Shown: positions 11,856 through 23,979 of the stretch, piece after piece
Layout: the number at the start of each line of letters is the position of its first letter
Numbering within the stretch: position 1 is the stretch's first letter
Assembly: GCA_028534125.1 (NCBI GenBank)
Contig: CM052816.1
Location: forward strand, 29,204,001 to 29,268,000
Length of the DNA: 64,000 nt
Reading direction: 5' to 3'
Origin: Lama glama
Taxonomy: Eukaryota
Program-made: the position numbers and the translations under genes
The notes under the pieces: model-generated
Databases searched by the model: none
What the model was told of the DNA's origin: nothing
Seen by the model: the letters and a program-made list of their open reading frames with translations, nothing else

Positions 11856-12115
11856 TAGAAAACAAACTTATGGTTACCAGGTGGAAAGGGATAAATTGGG
11901 AGTTCAGGATCTGCAAATACTAATTACTATATATAAAATAGATAAACAAGTTTCTACTGTATAGCACAGGAAGCTAAATTCAATATCTTATGGTAACCCC
12001 TAATGAAAAAGAATCTGAAAATGAATATATGTATGTATATGTATGACTGAGCTATTATGCTGTACACGAGAAATTGACACAACATTGTAAAATGACTATA
12101 CTTCAATTAAAAAAA
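11856..12115 (+). mobile_element. L1 3' end, antisense to FAM170A
   Basis: agaaaacaaacttatggttacc...gactatacttcaattaaaaaaa, with a degenerate aagtta TSD. Confidence 0.88.
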
Positions 12116-12777
12116 GTTAAGTATTGAGATGTGTGATATCTTTGCTGTATCAGAGTTTATATGGGTGCATGAGGAACTATCTCACGGAACATCCGTAACA
12201 AGAATTCAGTATACACTCTTATGTGTACTGAGTGTCACCAGGTCTGGGCAAGGTGACAGGAACCTTACCATGGAGACTCTACATGTGATGAGCATTCACT
12301 CTCATTCTCCCCACTACTCCCTCTACCACAGACACACAGACACACAGACACACAGACACACACATGCACACAGATGAAAGTATTCTGAAGTGTGGGGGCA
12401 ATCATTGCCTTCCCCATCCTGTCCCAGTTGCTGCCTGAAAAACCTGCCTACTATCTAGACATCTATTTCCAGGGCCTGTCCTCCAGTCTTCAGGGCCCTG
12501 GGCCTGGTGGGAGCTTCTGGGCTCTAATCTGGGGCAGAGACCTCCAGCTAGAACCCTGGCGTGGGCTCCATTCTGCACCCCTTCCTCCATGGGACCACCC
12601 CCTTTCCCAGGAAAAGCTACTCTCCTACACTGAATGCAGGCAGGCAGGCACCCTGTGGCCCGGGGCTCTCAGAGCTCCCCCATCTATCTAGCCTTAGTCT
12701 CTGGAAGGCCCTTCCCTTCCCCTGGTTTCCTTTGGAAAATTCTTCTTGTTGAAGGAATAGACCTCCATGCTTTCAAT

Positions 12778-12787
12778 ATGACGTCAT
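12778..12787. promoter_or_regulatory. Palindromic CRE (ATGACGTCAT) in FAM170A intron 1
   Basis: Perfect 10-bp palindrome with the CpG retained. Confidence 0.45.
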
Positions 12788-13280
12788 CCCTAGGCAAATA
12801 GTCTCCTTTCGAACAGGCATTTCACTTCTCAAGATATTTTTCAACAGGGTTTTCAACTCATTGGGCTTCTCTTTCCTCTTTGGTAAAAGGGACCAAGCAA
12901 CTCACAGATATCTCTCAGCATCCTTCACACCCCCTACCTCATGACCCCATGGAAAGATCCAAAAAAGAGATTAAGAGAGAACTCGGGGCCGGAGAAAAGC
13001 CGCTCCTCTGAGTCAGCGCGAGCAGGTCTGACCTGGCTCCAGTGTGGGCAGCCCTGCAGAGAGTCCTCAAGCCAGCAGGGCTGACTTCCCACCTGCTGGA
13101 GGCAGCTGGCCTTCCTGTGCCATCTCACACCACGGGGACTCTCGGGATGGAGATGGCAGCAGCAGCCGAGGAAAAGTCTTTCGCTCCTTACTTCACAGGT
13201 GACACGATCTCAGCCCCATCTCCCCAGAGAAAGCTCAGGTTGGCAGAAACCCACGTGCCCCTGACAAGCCCCACACATAC

Positions 13281-13350
13281 CTCCTCCCTTCTGGGCAGTC
13301 TCCTGGGACTCTTCATTTTCCAGATGTTTCCTCTTCTGTCGCCGTTTCAT
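13281..13350 (-). CDS. FAM170A: FAM170A coding exon 1 (MKRRQKRKHLENEESQETAQKGG/G), 70 nt, phase 1
   Basis: Manual translation of the reverse complement: ATG at 13350, context gctATGa, donor GTATGT from 13280. Basic NLS-like N-terminus matches the FAM170A N-terminus as I recall it. Too short for the ORF track. Confidence 0.93.
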
Positions 13351-13556
13351 AGCACCAACGAGAAAAGTCCCTTAGAAGATGCCTCAAGTCCAGCTCCTCC
13401 TCTTCCCCACAAGATGGCCCTCCGTGGTTCTCAGGAGATCTGTCGGAATGATTTGATATCAATAAAAATAGTCCAGTCTCCTAGATGGCTGAAGACTCCG
13501 ACCACTTAGTGAACCAGCAGGACTGCCCAGTGCTCACTACAGTGCAGGGCTGTTAA

Positions 13557-13611
13557 GGTTCAAAGGTCGCCAGGCCCACAGCAGGATTCTCTGACCTCAG
13601 TGATGACGTCA
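13557..13611 (-). promoter_or_regulatory. FAM170A proximal promoter: CRE TGACGTCA (13604-13611), variant CRE TGAGGTCA (13592-13599), DR1-like element (13557-13569)
   Basis: Motifs read directly about 240-260 bp upstream of the ATG. No upstream ATG lies between them and the start codon. Confidence 0.65.
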
Positions 13612-14714
13612 GAGCATTCTGTGGCCCTAGGTCCAACACAGTCTTTGCAACTGTGAAGATACCATTTTCAAGGGAAATTCCTTCTTTCCAGCAGAACCTC
13701 TCCTGTGAATTCAACTCTCACGTCTTTCAAATGTGGCAGGGTATTTTGAGATGGTAACCTGTCCCTGTTTACTTTTTTCTCTTTTCTCCCTTCATTTCAC
13801 TCTTTCTTCTACATTGAGGTGGGTAGCAGACCCTGTTCATTGGCCAGTGGAAGGGCACAGCAGGGTGTAGCAGCAATAGCATGCTGATAATCTTAGCTTT
13901 TCTTTCTAAACTCCCATACTCCAAGGAAAAGAGAGGATAGTTGAGCAGAAACATAACAGAAGCAGGTTTTAGTAAATAGGTACTGTTTTGTTTTCCCATT
14001 CCAGTGTCGAGATGTACTGATTAAGTCAGAGAGATCCTGGAGAAGGTGCCTCTGAATTGTGGCTGGAGGGGTAGACATGGCAAAAACTCTAAAAGGAGAT
14101 GGCCGTGTGGTGCACACCAGCAGAAACAATGGCAACCCACCCCACGTGTGGTACAGGCGCCACCAAACCGAAGGAGGCATGGCACCCGAGCTGATGGGCA
14201 TCTCCACTACTACTGTGGGCTCCAATGGACACTGACAATGCTCTCACCTCCACCCTCAAAACCCTGGCCTGGTATGACTTCCAAATAGGAATGGGTGGAA
14301 ATCCAAACAGGACACCAGCAGGATCAGGCTTAAAATACAAATTAAGAGAAGTTATAAAAACATTTTTCATACTATTCCTTGCACATCTTTGCTGTGGGGC
14401 TGTAATTTAGACCAGTTATAAGTGGCAACCCATCTGGATCCTCTTAATTCCACTCTAGAATTAGACATACCTCATTTTGAGGTGGTGGCCATCATCCACT
14501 GGGAGTCCTGGGAAGGAGTGGATTCCCAGAAGTCACTGCTTGCATTAGAAATACCCAGAGGATGAAGGTTGGTCCAAATTTGCAAGAGCACTGCAGAATA
14601 TCTTCAAGTCTCAGGCAGCAGGAGAGTGAAGGTAGGGCAGCCTTGTGACGGTTCACTGATGAAATTAGTCTACCTGTTTGTTGGAGAATCCCTAGAAAAG
14701 GAGGGGCAAGGAGG

Positions 14715-15600
14715 ATTTTTTAAAAAAGTTTTGCAGTAGAAATGTCCAAACATACACAAAGTAAAGAGAATTCTACAATGAGGATGCAGCACCATTTACC
14801 CATCACCCAATTTCAATAATTGTCAATGTTCTGCCATTCTTATTCTGTTCCATACACACACACACACACACACACACGCATGCAGCATGCACTTTTAGCT
14901 TTTTGTTCATATATTTTAGTGTAGGAGGTTTAGAAGGATGGGTGGGGGAAGTGCTGCATTTTAAAGCAAATCTCAGACATTATGTCATTTCTCCTTTAAT
15001 ACAATAGTATTTATCTCCAATAGGTAAGAATCTGTTTCTAACATAACAACAATAGCATTATCTTACCCAAGAAATTTAACCATCATTTCTTCATACCACT
15101 TAATAACCAAGCCACGCTCATTTTCCTCCAACTGTGTTAAAAAGTCTTTTTTATACCTGGTTCATTGGAATTGAGATCTAAACAAGGTCCATATGCTGCC
15201 ATGTGGCATGTCAATGTGTCTTTTATTCTACAACAGTTCTCTCTCCCTTTTTTGGCACTGCTTTGCTGAAGAAACTAAATAATTTATCCTGTAAAATTTT
15301 CCACATTTTGGAGTCCATTTAAGATATTCCCTATTATCTGTATTTCCTTGTAAACAGGTAGTTAGATGTAGAGAATTAATTAGATTTAGATTCAATTTCA
15401 TGTAACTACAAGATCATTTCATAAGTGATGCTGTGCACCTCCCTACTGTATCACAACAGGAAGTAAGAAAACGTTGTCCTGTTTTTCAAGAAGTTGAGAT
15501 TGATCAGCGAGTTCAGGCAGCATCAGCTTGATTTCTCCACCATAATGCTCCTTCCTCATCAACCTTTCGACAAAGATCATTGACAACCACTGATGATCAT
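14715..15600 (-). mobile_element. Old L1 (L1MC-like) 3' region
   Basis: aaacatacacaaagtaaagagaatt...catcacccaatttcaataattgtcaa...ttttaaagcaaatctcagacattatgtcattt pattern. Confidence 0.65.
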
Positions 15601-15819
15601 CATCTCCTTAGGAGCTGAACTTTCATCAGCAGTTCTAATTCTGTCATTCCTAGGAGGGTGATTCTTGGGGCATTTTTGTTAGACCTTGAATTTCTGAAAG
15701 AAATGACCCTCTGCTCAGAAAAGGAAAGATGATTCCAATGGTACCAACTCAGGATCTCCAAGCTAGGGCCAACAGGGTTTATCATGGCAAGCCCACGCGA
15801 GGTTCAGGCATACGTTAGT

Positions 15820-16442
15820 TCATCCCTTCATTTCTTCATTCATTCTTCCTTCTATTAATAGTTACTGAGTCCCTACTATGTGCCAGGCTCTAGATCCTGT
15901 AGTCGAACATTTATAAACAAAACAGATAAAAAGATTTTTCTCTCAAGGAGTTTAATTCTGGAGGAGAAGATAGACAATTTTGTAAAACGTGTAGTAGTTT
16001 AAATATTTACAAGTATCATGAAGAAAAATAAAACAAGAAACTAAACTTGGGACTGTAAGAAATAGGGGCATTTCTATGTTGAATAGGAGATTTCTATGTT
16101 GAATAGGGGTTCTATGTTCACTAAAAGGGCCCCATTTCAGTACCTGAGGCCAGTAAGGAAGCTCAGAGCCACTGTTAAGTTATATTTTTTAGGCAAAAGA
16201 AGAGACTGGAGTTCTGGTCCAGGGGTTGCTTGGCCTATTTGAATACCACGAAGAAAGTCATAATGAGGGACCCAATTACATACACAGGGCTTTGTAGGCT
16301 ACTGTCAAGACTTTGGCTTTTATGCCGAGTGACCTGGGAAGCTTGGAGAATTTTAAAGGAGAAATGACACTGAAAAAGATCACTCTGATTGCTCTGTTAA
16401 GAATAGACTATTGGGAGGCAAGGGAAGAATCAGAGAACAGTG
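15820..16442 (-). mobile_element. L2 (L2a-like) fragment
   Basis: ttcattcatt...actgagtccctactatgtgccaggc...aaagatcactctgattgct..gaatagact. Confidence 0.75.
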
Positions 16443-16446
16443 GGCC

Positions 16447-16981
16447 TGTTAGGTAGTTAGATAAGTGGGGGCATTGGGCAGATAAAGTGGAGCAGAAGGT
16501 GGATGGTCCAGAAGATGGCTTTATGTACACCTCCAGCATAAAGAGGCTTTACTTCTTCTTAAATGAGAGCCAGTAAGAAACCAGTTAGAACTCAACAACT
16601 ACAACTGCACAGTAGAGAGAAGAACCAAACCAGACATGACCCAGTGCTCATTGTGATATAATTAGCACTGTAGTTTAGGCCTCCGCCATGGGTTTTTCTG
16701 TGTACATCATGGGTAAGAACATGCACAAAAGAGGATGAGCATGAGCACTCCAAGGGGAAAGAGTGTTCAATCAAAAGACCACCTCTAAGCAAGGGTATAA
16801 GAGAAGGGGCAAACAAAGAATATTGCTATCTGCCCTTGGACTGGACCGCCTCCCGTTGTTGGACATGTACTTTCCCCTTGCTAATAAAATCTTTAAAATC
16901 TTTTGGTGCACAACACACTATCTCCTGTCTTTCAGATAAGCCAAGAACTGGGGTCTTCTCCCTTCCCCTTCTGGGGTAACA
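16447..16981 (+). mobile_element. ERV1-type solo LTR (535 bp)
   Basis: TGTTA...TAACA termini, 4-bp TSD GGCC, TATAA at 16796-16800, AATAAA at 16883-16888. Confidence 0.88.
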
Positions 16982-16994
16982 GGCCATTGCAATA

Positions 16995-17360
16995 AACCAG
17001 GAAAGATGATTCATAAAGGAAAAATAGTTAAACTAGATTTCATCAAAACTAAAATCATTTGTGACATGAAAGATTTTTTAAGGGTATAAGAAGTCAAGCT
17101 ACAGACTGGAAGAAAATATTTACAAACTACATATCCAACAAAGAAGTAATATCTGTAATATATAAAGAACTCTCAAATTCAACAGTAAAAAACAAAACAA
17201 TTCGATTAGAAAATGGACAAAAGACATGAAGAGATGTTTCACCGAAGAGGATATACAAATGGCAAATAAGTATACAAAATGATGTTTAATATCACTAGCC
17301 ATTAGGAGAATGAAAATGAAAACCATATTGAGATATGACTACATGTCTATCCGAATAACT
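16995..17360 (+). mobile_element. L1 ORF2 3' fragment
   Basis: ctacagactggaagaaaatatttacaaac...gaggatatacaaatggcaaataag. Confidence 0.85.
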
Positions 17361-17614
17361 ATGGGACACAGGGAAACATTAGCTTGTCTCTCCAACTAGA
17401 TTCTTCTTAGCAGCTGCAAAGTCTCCACTGAAGGTACAGAGAATAAAACCTCTTGCTATCCATAGAAGAGCAAATAAGTTAACAATGTAGAAAATACTTT
17501 ACAAACCCTACCAGCTGCACAAATGTGAGGTGCAGCAGTTACCCTCAGGGGCTATAACCCTGAATACTTTTAAAAGGGAATGGACCTTGGACTAAGATCC
17601 AACCTAAGATACTA

Positions 17615-17863
17615 CAGTCGTCCCTCAGTGTCCAAAGGGGATTGGTTCCAGCAGCCCCTGCAGACACCAAAATCCAAGGATGCTCAACTCCCTTATGCCA
17701 AATGGTGTGGTATAGTCAGCCTCTGTATCCACAGGTTTCGCATCTGCAGATTCAATCAACTGCAGATAGAAATTATGATTCACATTTACTTGAATCCATA
17801 GATGTGTATTTACTGAAAAAAATCCATGCACAGTTTAAACCCATATAGTTCAAGGGTCAACTG
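17615..17863. mobile_element. TcMar-Tigger MITE (MER2/Tigger-like)
   Basis: TA|CAGTCGTCCCTC ... CAAGGGTCAACTG|TA, with TA target duplication. Confidence 0.85.
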
Positions 17864-17869
17864 TAGTAT

Positions 17870-18710
17870 CAGTTCCAACGTGGAGTGAACAGGGATTCCC
17901 CATATCACCAAACAGTTATCAGACCCCACCTGGATGTGCTACAATGCAACTCAATTCTGACACTATCTACCCAAAGATAGCATCAGTTTCCACAGGTTAA
18001 GGGCTCAGTTCTACAGGACTGCCCCCATTCCCCACCACACACACACAGACACACAGACACACACAGACACACACACACATTCAGATGCCAATAGCAAATC
18101 CAGGTTGCCACTCATGCTTCTGTAGATTAGAGGTTCCATCCTGCTTTGGGTTTGATTGATTTGTTCACACAAAGCAGGCTCAGGGAACTCAGAGAAACAT
18201 TTTACTTACTAGATTACCAGTCTATTATGAATATTATACACACACACACACACACACACAAAACTCAGGAATAGCTGAGTGGAAGGATGCATATGGCAAG
18301 GCACAGAAAAAGGGTCCAGTGATTCCATGCTTTCTGAGCATGCCACTCTCCCTGCATCTCTGTATGTTCACTTCAGAAGCAATCCAAATGTCTTCCTTTT
18401 GGGTTTTTATGGAGGCTTCTTTACATAAGCAGGATTGATTAGACCATCTGTCGCTGGTGAATGATTCAACCTCTATCCCCTCTAATCTCCCCAGAGCCCT
18501 AGAGGTGGGACTCATAGTTCCAATCCTCTAATCACTTGGTTGGCTCCACTAGCAATCAGCCCCCATTCTGAGGTGCTTTCCAAAGTCACCTCATTAACGT
18601 AACAAAAGACACCTTTATTGCTCTCAGCAGGTAGGAAATTCCAAGGGTTTCAGGAGCTCTGTGCCATAAACACAAAGAGTAAATATCAATTTCTTATGAG
18701 ATCACACAAT
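17870..18710 (-). mobile_element. MER21-like LTR containing CA microsatellites
   Basis: Reverse strand reads ggcacagagctcctgaaaacccttggaatttcct...gtgtcttttgttacgttaatgaggtgac. Forward strand contains caattctgacactatctacc. Confidence 0.75.
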
Positions 18711-18904
18711 CATCTTCAGTTTCTACATCCCTGCCTTCAAAAGGCTGCCCAGTCTATATTTCAGTAGGAATGATAGGAAACTTAATTCCAAATATAGGAA
18801 ACTTAATTCCCCTCAAAGCAGCTTTGACATTTATCTATAGAAAACTTACATTTTAAATCAAGAAAAAGAAGGATCTTTATATTGCTAGGGCTTTCCTTAT
18901 TCAC

Positions 18905-19265
18905 CTCAGTTATACTCTTTGGAGATCACATCACTCATGAATAAGGTTGATCATTTTATTATAACAAATAATTCCCCCAAATTTCAGTGGCTTAAAACAA
19001 CAAAGGTTCACTTCCCGCTCCTTGTACATGCCCATCATGGGCTAGCGAGGAGTTCTGCTCCTCATTGTCCTTATTCCTGGGTTCAGCATGACAAAGCCAT
19101 CACTATCAATCATCATTGTAGAGAAGAAGAATTCTGGAGTCTCACATGCCATTAAATGTTCTAGCTCCAAAGTAACACACATCACTTCTGCCCAGAATCA
19201 TTGACCACAATCTTATCACATGTCTCCCAATTTTCTAGACACCTTAAGCAAAAATAATTGTGAAC
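18905..19265 (-). mobile_element. MaLR LTR (MLT1-like)
   Basis: taacaaataattcccccaaatttcagtggcttaaaacaacaaagg...catcacttctgccca..atcattgacca. Confidence 0.7.
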
Positions 19266-19275
19266 AGTACTACTA

Positions 19276-19449
19276 GGGAAGGGAAGGTATAGCTCAGTGG
19301 CAGAGTGTGTGCTTAGCATGCTCAAGGTCCTGAGTTCAATCCCCAGTACCTCCATTTAAATAAATAGATAGACAAATAAATAAATAAACCTAATTACCTC
19401 CACCCTCCCCCTTGCAAAAAAGAATTTTAAAAAAAGAAATTAAAAAAAA
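19276..19449 (+). mobile_element. tRNA-derived SINE (Vic-1-like)
   Basis: A box TAGCTCAGTGG, B box GAGTTCAATCC, (TAAA)n and A-rich tail, degenerate TSD aacagtamtayt. Confidence 0.88.
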
Positions 19450-20348
19450 GTAACAGTAATATTGAAGAGAAGAGAGACCATATTTAAACATTCTAATTTC
19501 TCCCCATTAAATATGAGACTTGACAAATCCATCAAGCTATGCATGCACCAAACGAGGGCTAGAACTCACATCTCTTAGGTCATGAATCACAACCTTTTTC
19601 CACCACACTGTGCTAGGACTTTTATACTAGAACGGTGTAGTTGGGATTATATTGCATCTACTTGTTTTTTTGTTTTGTTTTGTTTCTAAAAATAGATTTA
19701 GGAGGGAGGGTTTGGAAGTTCCAAAATCACTTGCCTTAACTGAAAAGCGGCTGGAAAATAATCTCACTGCCTTTAGAAATCTCTGACCTCATAAAGATTA
19801 GAGTCTGGGAGGCTTTTGTATTCTGAATACAGGGAATACAAAGGAAACAATCTTCCTGAGACTTGAAGAAACAGGCAGAAAAGCTCTTAACTCCCACTTT
19901 GCTATTTTGATGATCTTGTTGACACGCCAGGTCTTTGAGCAATAGTGGTGGCAAGAGTTAGATTTTAGCCCAAAGTGTATGTAATAGTGTGGCAACCCCT
20001 GCGAACCACATACCATGGTAAATGCTTTAGCTCAATCCTATGTGCTCCTAGGTCTATGCAAAGTAACAAATGGTTCTGAAACATTTATTCCAAATAGCTT
20101 TGTTCTTATTACTTTAAAAATAACTTGGCTGCCAAATATTTGCTCCATGATGAAAAAGAACGGGTATATGGGAGGAGGATTTACGCACTGAGACACGCTG
20201 CTTATTTTGCTCCTGCAGATAACATGCACATCTAATGAATCAGAGGCCATCTTCTTCTCTTCCCCAAGTTGTGGACAAATGCGTATGTCGTTCCCTCCCA
20301 CTTCAATTCATCCTGGTCACAGTTATTTTCTTTAAGAATAGTCATATT

Positions 20349-20426
20349 ATTGTGCTCTACACTGGAATTTGACACAACATTGTAAAATGATTATAAATCA
20401 ATAAAAAATGTTAAAGGTGAAAAAAA
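20349..20426 (+). mobile_element. 78-bp extreme L1 3' end with perfect 15-bp TSD
   Basis: AAGAATAGTCATATT at 20334-20348 and 20427-20441. Confidence 0.9.
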
Positions 20427-20819
20427 AAGAATAGTCATATTTATTTTCTTTATGAATATTATTCCCCTGTTGAAATCTTAATTGGCTTTCCAATATGAGA
20501 ACAATAAAATCTAAAATATTCAACCAAATATGTAATGCCCCACAGGGTTGAAGCCCCTACTGAATTTTCCAGACTAAAGCCTAACACTCGCCTTCTGGCC
20601 TCCACTCAACTAGGCCAGACTTCCCTCCCTCAATCAGAGTACAGGCCTTTACTCAAGTCCTTTATTTCAAAAGCATACGTTTTCAAAGTACAATTTGTTT
20701 TTAAGTTCAACTAAAATCCCACTTTCTATAAGAAGCCCTTCCAGATAACCCAATTAGAATGGATCACACATTTTCACAGCATGTTAGTTATACCTCTGTG
20801 ATAACTCTTTCCATATTCT

Positions 20820-21032
20820 TTCTTTCTTTCTTTCTTTTTTGTTTTTAACAGAGGTACTGGGGAATGAACCAAGAACCTGGTGCATGCTAAGCATGCACTC
20901 TACCATTGAGCTATATCCTTCCCCCTGGCAGAGTGATTTCTTTTTTCTTTTTAATGAAGGTACTAGGGATTGAGCATAGGGCCTCACATATGCTAGCCTG
21001 TTCCTGCCACTTAGCTATACCCCATCCTCCCT
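20820..21032 (-). mobile_element. Two tandem tRNA-derived SINE monomers
   Basis: Two A/B-box units (21031-20937 and 20925-20820), each with an A-rich tail. Confidence 0.85.
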
Positions 21033-23204
21033 TCTTTCCATACTCTCCAATTGGTCAGTCTGTTAATGATGTATCTGATGTCCCCACAACATAGGGCATG
21101 AACCCTTGTAGAATAGAGGCCAAGATTCCTTATCTCTGAATTTTCCACAGCTCTTTCCACTGAGTATGAGCTCCCCTACTTGTTTCTTTGACCCCAACAA
21201 AGGCTTAAATAAATTGCCAAACTGTATTTTCTTTCTCCCAAGGCCAGTGTCCTCACCAGTGGCCTCTTTTATTTTCCCCCATAGCAGCACAAAAGAGCCA
21301 TCTCTGCATTTATGCTGTCCTGTCACCATGTTCATGTATCTGAACAAAAGTGAGAGCCCTGTTCACCCCATGTCCTGCGTAATCCACTCAACTCCCTTCA
21401 TCTCCACCTAAAACTATTTTTGCACTGCCTACACTTAAACCATAGAGTCAGTTCTTCGAATATTTACTCTTTAAAAATTTTGATCAAAATGCAAATAATC
21501 TCATGAGCACTGGTGCCTTAACTTAAACCATGTTGAGCCACTGTTTTAGCAAGGACTAGTGGAAAACAGGCTGAGAATTGGGCCATTTTTGAACTCGGCA
21601 GAAAACAAAGAGACAGGGCAAAGAAGGGATGCTATGTGGTAGGAAGGTAGCACTTGGATCACACATTTGAGGGGTTGGTGAGGGGTTGGTGAAAAAGTAC
21701 CAAAAGTAAATATTCAACTTCCTCATAAATTTGCAACAGACGAAATCTTCCTGAGATGGTGCCCCTGTGTGAAGCAATGTATTATATCAGAAGACATATT
21801 TATCCATCACAAATTAATAACGTTAATAAACTGAGTTGAGACTCAGAGAGTTCAAATAACTATATAATATTCAAAGTTCATTTATAAAAGAGCCCAGAGA
21901 TTGGGGTAAAACCTACAATTGTAAAGGACACCTTTCCATCAGGGCTTTAGCTGCTATGGATGATTTGTAAGCAAGGGATTCAACCTTACAAAGCAGGATC
22001 AGATGATTCTTGGTGCCTAGGAAAACCTCTGACCCAAAAGATTAATCTGAACTGAGTCATATCTTCCTCTAAACCTACTCGGTAGGGTTTTGAAAATCTC
22101 CTCCATGAACCTAATATCCTTGACATCAATTCATGGGAGTAAATGAGATTAACAGGATCTGAGCATGATCTCAGTGTCTCTTCTAAGGGGTGGGGAATAT
22201 GAGGTGTTAGCAAATCCCATGTTTAAAATGCCTCTTGGTCTATAAATCATGTTTCCCAGCTGTTTATAACTCTGAAAAGGATTAGAGGGAAACCTACTCC
22301 CAGGTGTGACAACTGGGGTCACTGCCCACTAGATGTTGCTATGAGCCCACAGAGTTTGCCCTGAGGAAAGCAATAAAATGGTCAAACCCCCAACCTTTTT
22401 TTTTGCTAGGATATTTACTGTTGACACTGCAAGAGTTCTGTTCTAGGCTATGAGTAAAAACCTTCTGTCAACCACTTTTAGTTCTTAAATGAATAAAAAC
22501 TGTTTGAGATTCAAAACAGTTCATGATTCCTACCTGACACAGAGCTGGGAGCAGTGCAGCTAGCAAGTGGGTAATTTTAAAGGCTATTTTTTAAGTGTGA
22601 AGCCCTCTGACTGGTTCTCTGTCTCTTGGGTGTCCTGAAATTTCCATCTCACTGAAATTTGGAAAAGAATTCAGATCCTGTCTTTCCCCAGAGAGAGGAG
22701 CCAGCCATAAGTTTTTCAAACCTAGAGTTTGTATATGCAACCAAGTTAGACTCTGTTACTGATGGGGCCTGACAATAACTGACACCTGAAAAAAATCATT
22801 GTCAAATAACCTAACTGCATGAAATGGGGTTGCTAAGTTGAGGGTCACAAACTAAACAGTTACAGCAAAGGTCTCCAGATGCCCATAGTTTAAGACAAGA
22901 ATATGAGTACATAGGAAAGGCAAAATTTAAAAATGGCAGACCAAATTAGCATGGATCAAGTAACTGCTCTGCCACTGCGGATTTGTCCCATTCCCTGTCA
23001 TCCATCCATCCATCCATCTATCCTCCAAAAGTATATCCCCATGCTGGTGACAAACATAGAGGCAAAGCCTGGAAGGAGAGTCCAGAAGGTGTTGAGATGC
23101 TCAGGGTGGGGAAGGACTTTGATGCTTGTGAAAGCTAATCCCTGGTACCTTTGAATTTCCTCGCAGGGGCTCCACCAAGTACTTACTTGGTCCATGTTCC
23201 AAGA

Positions 23205-23700
23205 CCTTCAGAGACTGGGAATCCATCACTTTCTAAAAAAAAAACAAAACAAAAATTCTTCCTTGGAAAGACAAATCTAACTCCCCAGAGCCTGTAGCTT
23301 CCAGTTGCATCTTTTAGGATCACACAGCAAAAAATTGACACTTCTCTCCTATAAGACAATTCTTCTAATATTTAAAGATTGTTATCCTGGCCCTTCATGT
23401 CTTTTTCTTCAGCTACACAGCCCTATTCCCTGAAACATTCAGATTTCATTTCCCTGCAGTGATCCAAACTTTCTCCTGAATATGTCCTAGTTGTTTTATG
23501 TTTGTCTTCATGTACGTTCCCAGAATTGAACACAGTATTCCAACTAAGGTCTGACCAAGTTAGAGTGGGGTGGAGTTGTTACCTCCTCCATCATAGGTAC
23601 TTCTCTTAAGACAGGCTTTTTGGTAGCCACATCAAAGTGCTGACTCCTGCTGAGCTGATACAGCCACTGAAAGCAGCCAACTCAAAATTCAAAACCATTA
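23205..23700 (-). mobile_element. CR1/L3 relic
   Basis: cagaattgaacacagtattcca...ggtctgacca...gtagccacatca..tgctgactc pattern. Confidence 0.55.
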
Positions 23701-23979
23701 TTTCCTAGCAAGTAATGTAGCTGTATAGGTTATCCAGACCTCTTCTATCCCCCACTTGAAGACCATCCATAAGCTTCACACAGCAAACATAAAGACACAA
23801 CAAATGGATAAAGTTTTCTGTTTTGTACATTCCTTTTAAGAAGCTGAAAATTATCTGATTTGCCCAAGATTCCTCAAAATACCCCAGGTCAAAAATTGTC
23901 ACCTCAAAATGTTATGCAACTTGGTGAGCTAATTTTGTATATCATTAAATCCCATGAAGGGATACCTAATAAGTTAAAC

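Noticed and set aside
16061..16118. ~20-bp unit repeated nearly three times; also a 17-bp duplication at 18773-18810
   Set aside because: Simple local tandem duplications with no spacers. Not CRISPR-like.
19286..19352. tRNA gene
   Set aside because: Has A/B boxes but also an A-rich tail, a TSD and diverged copies elsewhere, so it is a SINE.
22326..22340. CTCF-like motifs here and at ~28532
   Set aside because: Mismatches in the GGC core make them too weak to call.
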